A DNA stretch of 64,000 nt from an uncultured Bacilli bacterium (GTDB taxonomy: Bacteria; Bacillota_I; Bacilli_A; RF39; UBA660), in the NCBI GenBank assembly GCA_944358115.1, contig CALVQH010000002.1, positions 1,353 to 65,352 on the forward strand. The letters are read 5' to 3'. Below are positions 33,977 to 42,697 of the stretch, in pieces; within the stretch, counting starts at the first letter, position 1, and every line of letters starts with the position of its first letter. Both the position numbers and the translations under genes were made by a program. The notes under the pieces are model-generated. The model saw only the letters and a list, made by a program, of their open reading frames with translations, searched no databases and was not told the origin of the DNA.

Positions 33977-36389
33977 CTACTTCCCCCATAAAATATTTCT
34001 GTATTGGAGTTGCAAAAACTTTAGTTCTTATTCGATTTTTGTTGGTAATATTTAACAAGAATTCCCCTTGATTACATTTTGCTAAAAAGTTCTTTTGCGT
34101 TTCTGTAAGTGGAGTATTTGTATATAATTTAGCTACTGCCTCTACATCATTATCTTTTAACATACCAAAAATTTGATATTGGCAATTGTTAAACATCGCA
34201 GAAGCATGACGTAGAATATTATTTGTACTTGTAAAATCACTTGGTTGCTGACTAGCAAGAACAACTGATAATTTATACTTTCTAGCACGTCTACTAATTT
34301 GATCCATATACTTAATTAATGTAGGATTATCTTCATCAATATAATTATGAGCTTCATCAAATACCATCATCATTTTATTAAACTCATGATCCAATTCATT
34401 TTTATTTTTATTATCAACAATTACATTGCTAAGATAAGTAAGCAGGTTTAACATTTGGGTATTAATTATTCTTCTACTAGAATTAAAAAATAGTTCTTGT
34501 AAATTAAATACAATTAAATTATTGTTTAAATCTATTGTAGTAATTCCATTAAATAAATTACTATCCTGGCCTATAACTAATCTTTTAACTAAAACTTCCA
34601 AGCTTGAAAGAATTGATGACATTTCTAAGCTAATATTATCCTTTTGCTTCTCTAATATATAAGCATACAAGTCAGAAAAAATTGGATAATCTTTGGAAGT
34701 CATCCTTTGATACTCTTCTAATTTTGTTTCATTAGTTATACCACGAGAATTATAAAACTTTTCAACTATATCTAATAAAACCACTAGTTCCTTTTCAGAT
34801 ATATCATTAAAAATAGTTATAAAGAAATTTTCTAAAAATCCCAAATGCTTACTTAAAATTGATGTATCATCATCATCTGTTAAAACATATCTAACTTGAA
34901 GTGGGTTAATTAAAGATTTATTTGCTAAATTAATTATCTCTCCACCACACCTTTTACATAATTTCGAATACTCATTTTCTATATCAAAAACAACAATTCT
35001 AGTATTTCTAGCAAACTCATTTAATATCATTAATTTTAGTAGGAAACTCTTACCTGCCCCAGAAGTACCTAAAATAGATATATTATGATTAATACGATTT
35101 TTACTTAAAGAATAAGGATCAAAGAATATAGGTAAACCATAAACATCTTCTCCTACAAGCCAGCCAGTTGTATCATTATGATAGCTTTCTGTAAAAAAGA
35201 ATCCAGCAGCCAAAGTTTGTGTCGGAAAGTACATTTCATACCCCTTGAGACTTTTATCAGTTAAATCATAAGTTTGCCAAGCAGATAATTGCAAAAATCT
35301 TGGAATATCTACTTTAATTTGATAAAGATCTGCATTTCTTTTAATCTCTTTAACTATTTCTTCTCGTTCTTCTTTTGTTCCAGAAATTGCTAGAACAATA
35401 TCCACTTCTTTTATTTTTTCATCATTTGCAGTAATTTGTTCAATTAATAACCGATAGTTATCTAACAACGATCTCATTTCAGTAGAATCACTTAAGTTCT
35501 TATTTGAATTATAATCAGCTAATACAGCTTTATAACTACTATTCAAATTATTAATTAAACTACTTTGATTCTCAATATTTTTTATAGTAATAGACGCTTT
35601 TACATTTGGTAAATTAATTATTCGATCCAAAAAATGATCCTCTATAAAAAGTGGATAATTTTTTATTGTTAGAAGTTGAATATCTTTATCATCAAATTTT
35701 AAAGAAGATACCATTTCTCTAACTGTGGAAGGTACTAATAAATCTACCATATCATAATAGAGAATTTGATCTAAATTAACATCTGAAAAATAAAGATTAG
35801 CAAAAATTTTAACTAAAAATTTAATATTAGAAATAAGTTCAATGTTTAAACTCGGAACTATTGAGGCACATGCCATTTCAAAAATCTCTTTATTTTTCTC
35901 TAATTCTTCTTCACTTTTACAAATAATTGCAAAAAAATAAGAACTAGCTGATGTCATATTTTCCTGTTCTATTCGTTCTATAAAATTTAAATTATTGGAT
36001 AAAATACTTTTGGCATTTTCATTATTAGAATTATGAATCAAACTTTGTAATTCTTCTTTATTTTTATTTAAATTGATCTTGTCATCTATTTTATATGCTT
36101 TAATAGTAAAAGGTAATCGATATAATTTTGATAAAGTATTATAAAAAATATTTTTTTCACGTTCCGTTGTGAGAGATAAGTCTATGGAACTAACTTTATA
36201 CATCAAAGCAAATTGATTAGTTTTTAAATGAATTACTCCATTACTCTCTATGCTACTAATATTAGTAATAAACTGAGAATTATGAATTTTCTTTTTCAGA
36301 TCATTCATTGTTAGATATTTTGTTGTTCGCAATTTTCTTATTTTATCAACATTTCTATTTTCCTTCTTTTTTATTTTTTCAATATTCAC
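33945..36389 (-). CDS. VirB4-family conjugation ATPase
   Basis: 814 aa with Walker A ILGTSGAGKSFLLK and Walker B MMVFDEAHNYI. Size and position match the family. Confidence 0.85.
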   Translation of the reverse strand: MNIEKIKKKENRNVDKIRKLRTTKYLTMNDLKKKIHNSQFITNISSIESNGVIHLKTNQFALMYKVSSIDLSLTTEREKNIFYNTLSKLYRLPFTIKAYKIDDKINLNKNKEELQSLIHNSNNENAKSILSNNLNFIERIEQENMTSASSYFFAIICKSEEELEKNKEIFEMACASIVPSLNIELISNIKFLVKIFANLYFSDVNLDQILYYDMVDLLVPSTVREMVSSLKFDDKDIQLLTIKNYPLFIEDHFLDRIINLPNVKASITIKNIENQSSLINNLNSSYKAVLADYNSNKNLSDSTEMRSLLDNYRLLIEQITANDEKIKEVDIVLAISGTKEEREEIVKEIKRNADLYQIKVDIPRFLQLSAWQTYDLTDKSLKGYEMYFPTQTLAAGFFFTESYHNDTTGWLVGEDVYGLPIFFDPYSLSKNRINHNISILGTSGAGKSFLLKLMILNEFARNTRIVVFDIENEYSKLCKRCGGEIINLANKSLINPLQVRYVLTDDDDTSILSKHLGFLENFFITIFNDISEKELVVLLDIVEKFYNSRGITNETKLEEYQRMTSKDYPIFSDLYAYILEKQKDNISLEMSSILSSLEVLVKRLVIGQDSNLFNGITTIDLNNNLIVFNLQELFFNSSRRIINTQMLNLLTYLSNVIVDNKNKNELDHEFNKMMMVFDEAHNYIDEDNPTLIKYMDQISRRARKYKLSVVLASQQPSDFTSTNNILRHASAMFNNCQYQIFGMLKDNDVEAVAKLYTNTPLTETQKNFLAKCNQGEFLLNITNKNRIRTKVFATPIQKYFMGEVDEITQEIIDD

Positions 36390-36661
36390 TAATTTTCCCC
36401 CTTTCCAAATACATAAACTTTTGCCCTAATTAAAAATTCAAAAAAAAGAATTCCTAATTTATACACTCTGTTACATTTACTGAAATCAACTGGAAGCAAT
36501 GATATAATACCTCCACTTAAAATCAAAAATGACAAAGTATAAAAATGAAGGAGAAAAAATATAGTGAATAAAAAGCCAATTATAAATCCCAATGCCAAGT
36601 CTTCTGTTTCTAATTTGAAGAAACTTATATTCTTTTTTATACTTTTTAATGTTATATACAT
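36389..36661 (-). CDS. small two-TM protein (VirB3/PrgI-like position)
   Basis: 90 aa with two hydrophobic helices, immediately upstream of virB4 with a 1-nt overlap. Confidence 0.5.
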   Translation of the reverse strand: MYITLKSIKKNISFFKLETEDLALGFIIGFLFTIFFLLHFYTLSFLILSGGIISLLPVDFSKCNRVYKLGILFFEFLIRAKVYVFGKGEN

Positions 36662-36677
36662 TTATTTTCCCCCTTTT

Positions 36678-38342
36678 TTAAATACTTTCACTTTCATTAG
36701 ATAATCCTGATACTTTTGGTCGATTTTTATACCTAGCATGGTTTGGATTTCCAAAGTTTCTAATGCTATCAAAAGTTCCACCAAAACCACTTTTTATAGC
36801 ATTGATATTTGCTTTTGATTCTTCCATTTTATTTTTTAGATGCTCTGGATTATATTTGTTATTTACAAAATCCCATTTACTAGCAGCATCATTAATTTTA
36901 TTTTCTCCCTTTGCAACCAAATTTCTGCCATAGGCACGTATAAATGGATTAGAACTCTGTTGCATCATTGTTCCTCTTGTCATATTTGCAGCTCCTTTAT
37001 TAACTTTATTAGCTTCTCTTTTTCCATAGAAACTACTAAATCCAGGTGATAAAGAAGTTGCAGCACCTACGATAGTATCTTTCACTTGAGATGCTCCACT
37101 TCTAGCTAATTGAGATATTCCTTTTCTACTCTGATTTAAATTAGAGCTAACATTCTTACCTGTTTTTAAAACATCTTTTACCATTCCTCCAGCAGCAATA
37201 GCGGAGCCTCCAATTCCTAACATAGATGTTAACATGTCTCTACCACTATTTGCCGATACATTTTCACCAATAAATCGATTTAGTGATGTAGAACCAGTAA
37301 GTAATAACGTAGCACATCCAATATATAAAATAGATTGAGCAACAATTTTCATAAAATATGACATTTCATTAATCACTTCACTATTTTGAATGGCACTAAA
37401 CATAATAGATGTTAGACCAATTAGAAGCATCATTGCTGCTGCTTGCAACACAAGTGAAGCAAGTTGCTGATATAAAGCCGATCGTTGTTCTTTACGACAA
37501 ACCGATGTAGCAAAAACTAAAGGTGCTATTGTCATTAAAAAAACTATTTCAAATTGCCTTCGTCCTAATTGAATTACTGCAAATGCAATGGCAAAAAGAA
37601 ATATTATGCCAATTACAATTCCAAACAAAAAATTATAATTAAAAGCATAATCTTCTCCATCGTTAAAAAATCCTTTTTTATAAATCTCACATCGATAGCT
37701 AAATGATCCTGAATCACTAACAATAGAAGCATCTAAAGTACCATTTCGCACCAGTTTTTCAAAATCTTCCATTGTCGTTGCATTTGAAACATCAGCATAT
37801 CCCTCTAATTGTTCTTTTAAGCCATTTACATTCGATTCGTCCTTACTTTCCCCAGCTGATTCTGCAAAACATGCTTCATTCGCTGTCAAATATGCTGTTT
37901 TCATTTTATCTCCAATAGTTGAACTTTCAGTAGTAAAATTATCATAAACCATCTTAGAAAATTGTACACCAATATTAATAGATGTATTAAATAATAAGTA
38001 AGTACAAAAAATAAGAACACCACATTTTACAATTTCTTTTACTATTTCAAATAATGGTGTTTCTTGAGAATCAGCATCTAAAATTTTAAAAGTAATTTTC
38101 CATACTGAAAACAAGAATAAAACTGTAAATGACAAAATAAAAAAAGCATTAAATACTTTTACAAATATTGATCCATCCATATCCTTTAGTAAATCGATAA
38201 AATTAATACTATTTATTTTTTCTGCCACTTCATATAAAGTATCTATTGTATTATAAATGGTATTCACAATAGACATGCCAAGCCCACGCAACACATCAAA
38301 TATTCCGAATCTAATATCGGAAACAATACTAGCTATCATCAT
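36678..38342 (-). CDS. polytopic membrane protein (VirB6-like channel component)
   Basis: 554 aa with at least 6 TM helices and a Gly/Ser/Asn-rich cytoplasmic tail. Position matches T4SS operons. Confidence 0.6.
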   Translation of the reverse strand: MMIASIVSDIRFGIFDVLRGLGMSIVNTIYNTIDTLYEVAEKINSINFIDLLKDMDGSIFVKVFNAFFILSFTVLFLFSVWKITFKILDADSQETPLFEIVKEIVKCGVLIFCTYLLFNTSINIGVQFSKMVYDNFTTESSTIGDKMKTAYLTANEACFAESAGESKDESNVNGLKEQLEGYADVSNATTMEDFEKLVRNGTLDASIVSDSGSFSYRCEIYKKGFFNDGEDYAFNYNFLFGIVIGIIFLFAIAFAVIQLGRRQFEIVFLMTIAPLVFATSVCRKEQRSALYQQLASLVLQAAAMMLLIGLTSIMFSAIQNSEVINEMSYFMKIVAQSILYIGCATLLLTGSTSLNRFIGENVSANSGRDMLTSMLGIGGSAIAAGGMVKDVLKTGKNVSSNLNQSRKGISQLARSGASQVKDTIVGAATSLSPGFSSFYGKREANKVNKGAANMTRGTMMQQSSNPFIRAYGRNLVAKGENKINDAASKWDFVNNKYNPEHLKNKMEESKANINAIKSGFGGTFDSIRNFGNPNHARYKNRPKVSGLSNESESI

Positions 38343-38740
38343 GTTTCACTAACCACTAATGAATCAATAATTAAATTAATAATTGATGGAGCTAAAATTA
38401 GTAATACTATACCCCCAAGTGTATATAAAATTGTCTTTTTTCTTCTTTGTTTCAATTCATCATCACCATATATAAATTGAACTATAAAGACCACTAAAAC
38501 AACAAATGCTATAAAAATACCTATTCCTTGTATTGTCGTAGCTGTATTATAAATCATAGTTTTTAAATCCGTTTCTGTTAAATCACCACCTTCGATCTTT
38601 TCTACAGCTCTTACATTATTTATATTTACACATAATGTAAAAAGAAAAACGGTAGTAATTAAAAGCCAATTACGAATTTTTTGTATTGTCTTTTTGCTAT
38701 TTTTGTTATATAATTTTTTTGGTTTTTTGTTGAAAACCAC
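38339..38740 (-). CDS. small secreted two-TM protein (VirB2/TrbC-like candidate)
   Basis: 133 aa with signal-like WLLITTVFLFTLCVNINNVRA and two C-terminal TM helices. The GTG start is uncertain. Confidence 0.45.
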   Translation of the reverse strand: MVFNKKPKKLYNKNSKKTIQKIRNWLLITTVFLFTLCVNINNVRAVEKIEGGDLTETDLKTMIYNTATTIQGIGIFIAFVVLVVFIVQFIYGDDELKQRRKKTILYTLGGIVLLILAPSIINLIIDSLVVSET

Positions 38741-38826
38741 TGCATTTATACTAGAAGTCTTGTTGGGAAGGACTTCTAGTTTTTTTGTTCTTTTTATACT
38801 ATTTTCCCCCCTTTTTTTACTCTTTT

Positions 38827-39402
38827 TTACATTAAAAGTTCCTCACAATTTTTTTGATAATCTAAAATTAATTTCAAATTATTTTTTAATAACTCATCTG
38901 TTTCCTGTTCATACTTCTTTTCTAAATCTTCTAATAGTCCATGGTTTTCTTTTGAAAAAGTATAAACACCATCATATAAATCACAACCAACTGAATTCTC
39001 TACTATTAAATAGACAATTCCATCTTCAAAATCACTTTTAGGTCTTTCTTCTAAATCTTGTGCTTTTGTTAACTCATCAAGAGTTTTTAGAGTATATCTA
39101 CCAGCTGGTATGTTAATGTCAGATGTTCTCACAACTATTGCTACAATATCTAAATCCACTATATTCTCCTCCCTATCAAATTTAAAACACACTTTTTTTG
39201 CTTGTTCTTCGCTTAACTTCAAATAATCATGTTTAGAAGTATGATTCACAGATCTAAAAACAGATACTTTATCAGTACCTGTTTTTAATAATAACTCTAA
39301 TTCTCCATTTGCGTTATTTCCAAGTTTACGAAATTCTAAATTATATAATACATACTTATCTAATAATTCTTGCATCTCATAAATTTTATTTTTGTCAAAC
39401 AT
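38827..39402 (-). CDS. hypothetical protein (191 aa)
   Basis: ORF only. Confidence 0.6.
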   Translation of the reverse strand: MFDKNKIYEMQELLDKYVLYNLEFRKLGNNANGELELLLKTGTDKVSVFRSVNHTSKHDYLKLSEEQAKKVCFKFDREENIVDLDIVAIVVRTSDINIPAGRYTLKTLDELTKAQDLEERPKSDFEDGIVYLIVENSVGCDLYDGVYTFSKENHGLLEDLEKKYEQETDELLKNNLKLILDYQKNCEELLM

Positions 39403-39403
39403 A

Positions 39404-39772
39404 TTAAACTTCTATACCTTCAGTTTCTTTACTGCTTTCTACATTCTTATTTAGATCTTTTTTATTTTGAATATGAGTATATTGGGTTACAACAGGCCAT
39501 GGTTTTTCAATAACTTTATCACCGACTTTTTCTTTTTTAGTAACAATATACCCCTTAATTTGAACTAAAGATCCTTTTTTACTTAGCTTACATAAATTTT
39601 CAGCTTTTTTATTCCATAAAGCAAATTTTAAAAAGTCTGTTTTCTTTTTTCCATTTTTATCTTTATAATCCCGATCCACTGCTACAGTTACATTGACAAC
39701 TTTATCATTATTCTCTAGCATTTTAAGTTCTGGATCGTCTGTTAATCTTCCGATAATACAAAATTCATTCAT
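39404..39772 (-). CDS. ssb: single-stranded DNA-binding protein
   Basis: 122 aa OB-fold pattern: NEFCIIGRLTDDPELKMLENN.KVVNVTVAVDR...DFLKFALWNKKAENLCKLSKKGSLVQIKGYI. Confidence 0.75.
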   Translation of the reverse strand: MNEFCIIGRLTDDPELKMLENNDKVVNVTVAVDRDYKDKNGKKKTDFLKFALWNKKAENLCKLSKKGSLVQIKGYIVTKKEKVGDKVIEKPWPVVTQYTHIQNKKDLNKNVESSKETEGIEV

Positions 39773-39807
39773 TTTTTAATTCCCCCTTTAAATTTGTATT
39801 ATATATT

Positions 39808-40956
39808 TTAAATTCTAATCGTATCACATTTTTGCGATTTATTTCCAGCATTATCAATTGCCGTTGCACAGAAGGTTCTGCCAGTTGATTCTTGCAAATA
39901 TAAAACATTAGTGAATACTCTTGATTGAGTTTCATGAATTGTTGAACCACTACCATTTTTATAAGGTTCAATCCACATCTGATATTTTTGAATACCAGTT
40001 CCATTATCATAAGCATTTATCGTAACACGAATATTCCAGCCAGCTGCTGGTCCTTTATCTGGATTATAATATCCTAGGTTTTCAACTGTAAAACTGGTAA
40101 TTGTAGGTGCAATATTATCATACCAGCTAGGATTAATTACCAAATTTCCGTTTACTGTCCAAGTTTGATCTCTAAATGAGGTTACACTATATCCATCTCG
40201 ATCATAAACATATACTCTAACTTTAGAACCATAGTTAACAGAGTTATTATAGTAATCGGTAACCCTATTAGCCACTAGAACTCCGTCAATCCAAACCGTA
40301 AAAGTAAAACCATTTAACCCAGAAGCATATGAAACATTCTGAATAATCGAATTAATATCTACTGAATATTTTTTTGCTTTCCAGTTAGCAGTAAAAGTTT
40401 TATTTCCAGTTGAATTAGTTATTGTTAAATTAGTTGTCGGTGTACTTACACCAGTACCAGTCCAACCAGCAAAATCATATCCAGTCCGAGTAGGAATTGG
40501 TAAAGTAAAAGTTTCTTCTATATTGTAACTAGTTTTAGGATTGCTTAAAGTACCACCATTCAAATTGTACTGAATAGTATAACTTTCTACACCCCAATTA
40601 GCATAAAGCAATTGGTTATTAATACTCTCTACATTATTAATTGAAGAAGAATATTTAATTTCACCATTCAAAGATGTACTATACCCTAAAAAATCGTATC
40701 CACTTTTTATAGGTGTAGGTAAAACAACGTTGTTATTGTCAATAATAACATTATTTTCATTATACTTTCCACCATTTGGATTTATTTTTAATTGATAATC
40801 AATCGTTTTTATATTATTAGTAATAGAATCCATTGTTGTAAAAGATGCAAAAGTTGATGATAAAGGTAAAATAATAGCTAGTAAAAGAGATGATATTTTA
40901 AGTACTTTTTTCAAATTTTGCGCCCTCTTTCTTTTTATGTTGTTTATAAATATCAT
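39808..40956 (-). CDS. secreted protein with SipW-type signal peptide and Listeria-Bacteroides (InlB B-repeat) modules
   Basis: The signal region ends LSSTFASFTTMDSITNNI. Repeats GYDFLGYS...ANW and GYDFAGWTG...ANW. Overlaps the sipW gene by 59 nt. Confidence 0.65.
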   Translation of the reverse strand: MIFINNIKRKRAQNLKKVLKISSLLLAIILPLSSTFASFTTMDSITNNIKTIDYQLKINPNGGKYNENNVIIDNNNVVLPTPIKSGYDFLGYSTSLNGEIKYSSSINNVESINNQLLYANWGVESYTIQYNLNGGTLSNPKTSYNIEETFTLPIPTRTGYDFAGWTGTGVSTPTTNLTITNSTGNKTFTANWKAKKYSVDINSIIQNVSYASGLNGFTFTVWIDGVLVANRVTDYYNNSVNYGSKVRVYVYDRDGYSVTSFRDQTWTVNGNLVINPSWYDNIAPTITSFTVENLGYYNPDKGPAAGWNIRVTINAYDNGTGIQKYQMWIEPYKNGSGSTIHETQSRVFTNVLYLQESTGRTFCATAIDNAGNKSQKCDTIRI

Positions 40957-41410
40957 TACATATATCTACGACAATTAAGCCTAAACTGATGTAAAGAAGA
41001 TATTTATGATTGTATATGAAATCAGCATAATACCCAATATATGGTATTGACCAATTTGTTCCTTTACCAAGCACTTGATTCTCATTTACTAAGTTTGGAT
41101 CAAATGTATTATTTGCATCTCCCTTAGTTACAAAATTTAAGTCAATTATATCGATGATACGATGAGATATAATATGATCTTTTGTTTTATAAACTAAAAT
41201 ATCTCCATCTTTTAAATCATTTAAATCCACTTCTTCATAATATAGAATTCCACCTACCTTCAAAATTGGCTCCATAGATCCTGACATTACAACTAAGGGT
41301 TTTGAACCCCACAAACACGGAATATAAATAACTAAATAAATGATAACAAAAAAGTAAATTACACCAAAAATTATATTTTTAATCTTTAATAACATAATCA
41401 TTCTCCCCAA
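40898..41410 (-). CDS. sipW: signal peptidase I, SipW (ER/archaeal) type
   Basis: 170 aa with N-terminal TM, catalytic-Ser box VVMSGSMEPILKVGGIL, His box IISHRII and a C-terminal TM. Confidence 0.8.
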   Translation of the reverse strand: MGRMIMLLKIKNIIFGVIYFFVIIYLVIYIPCLWGSKPLVVMSGSMEPILKVGGILYYEEVDLNDLKDGDILVYKTKDHIISHRIIDIIDLNFVTKGDANNTFDPNLVNENQVLGKGTNWSIPYIGYYADFIYNHKYLLYISLGLIVVDICNDIYKQHKKKEGAKFEKST

Positions 41411-41434
41411 TTAAAGAGATTATAAATCTCTTAT

Positions 41435-42034
41435 CTACCAAACGTTTGTAGCTTGATCATACTGAATTGTGTCAATAGTGATAGTAAGCACATAAGTAGC
41501 ATTATCATAACCTTCGCAACTCGATGTATAAGTAATTGTTTTGCCATCAGCAGAAACTTTCTTAACTAATTTAGCTGAAATATTCTCATTAAACGTTACA
41601 CTATTTATAAAAGACGAAGATGTTTCATCTTTATTTAGTTTTGTTAAATTTTCCTTAGATCCATAATAATAATATCCATCAGAATTTTTAGTCCAATCAT
41701 CATTAAAATTTATTATCGCTGCCCTATTATCATTTTCATCAACTAATGAAATTTCCTCACCATTTCCATTAATCCACTTTTCGACATAACTAGCTCTAAG
41801 AGCCATAGGAATACTTCCTTCATTGGTAACACTAATTGTTTTCTCTGTTGTTGTTCCTGGTGTCCAATCGCTAGGTGATTCAAAATTTTCAACTATCTTA
41901 TGTTGATATAAAGCTGTTTCAAAATTGTTTGTTATACTATCACTTGTTGTAAAGTAAGCTAGTGTACCACCTATTACAGCAACTACACTAACCCCTAATA
42001 ATATTAATAATCCTTTTTTCTTTTTATTTTTCAT
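41435..42034 (-). CDS. TasA/camelysin (CalY)-like secreted protein with SipW-cognate signal peptide
   Basis: 199 aa. KKKKGLLILLGVSVVAVIGGTLAYFTTSDSITNNF matches the SipW-cognate signal class (..GT.AYF(S/T)D..). Size and beta-rich composition resemble TasA family members. Confidence 0.6.
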   Translation of the reverse strand: MKNKKKKGLLILLGVSVVAVIGGTLAYFTTSDSITNNFETALYQHKIVENFESPSDWTPGTTTEKTISVTNEGSIPMALRASYVEKWINGNGEEISLVDENDNRAAIINFNDDWTKNSDGYYYYGSKENLTKLNKDETSSSFINSVTFNENISAKLVKKVSADGKTITYTSSCEGYDNATYVLTITIDTIQYDQATNVW

Positions 42035-42055
42035 AATTACATCCTTCTTTCTATT

Positions 42056-42697
42056 TTAATAATTTTCTGTATTAATTAATTTAGCAGTAATTACTATCTG
42101 CTTAGTTTTATCTTTTTGATCACAAGTAGTTAAAATTAAATAACTCTCTTGCTCTAATTTAGAAATTGTAATTGTTCCATCTTTGTCTTGATATTCTATT
42201 TTCACAATTTCATATTCATATTTTAATCCTTGATAATAAATATAAGCATTATCATTTATCTTTAACTTATATAAGTTTCTAAAAAAAGCATATCGTCCTG
42301 TTCCTGAATGAGCTGCCAAAACTAGATTTCCGTTTTTTATATTAGGCATATCTGATTCTTCTAAAATCTCTACATTTTTAGAAATTGTATTTAAAGAACT
42401 ATTTTTTTCAAAAAAGCCTTTTTTTAAATTAATAGTTGGAATTTCTAAAACCCCTAAATATTTTTCACTTATAGATAAATCATTAGAAGTTTTAGTTTCT
42501 GAATTATCTGCTTGTACATTTTGATATTCGTTAGTTGTGCTTTCAATATACAAGTCTATCAATTTAGATTCTTGTTTCTCATATTGATAATCTAGTAATG
42601 TTTTTACAACAATGATACCTATACCTATGGCAATAAGAAAAGAGCCTATTATAAATAAGCTCCATTTCTTAATTCTTTTTCTTTTTAACAAAGCCAT
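42056..42697 (-). CDS. sortase-family transpeptidase (atypical: no Arg after the catalytic Cys)
   Basis: N-terminal TM, His motif LVLAAHSG and Cys motif LILTTCD. The remaining C-terminus DQKDKTKQIVITAKLINTENY contains no arginine. Confidence 0.7.
   Translation of the reverse strand: MALLKRKRIKKWSLFIIGSFLIAIGIGIIVVKTLLDYQYEKQESKLIDLYIESTTNEYQNVQADNSETKTSNDLSISEKYLGVLEIPTINLKKGFFEKNSSLNTISKNVEILEESDMPNIKNGNLVLAAHSGTGRYAFFRNLYKLKINDNAYIYYQGLKYEYEIVKIEYQDKDGTITISKLEQESYLILTTCDQKDKTKQIVITAKLINTENY

Noticed and set aside
39765-40016. 83-aa minus-strand ORF overlapping the 3' end of the InlB-repeat gene, and the plus-strand ORF 38694..39041
   Set aside because: Both are alternative-frame or antisense reads of longer ORFs that have clear domain content or operon context. 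There is no independent evidence for them.
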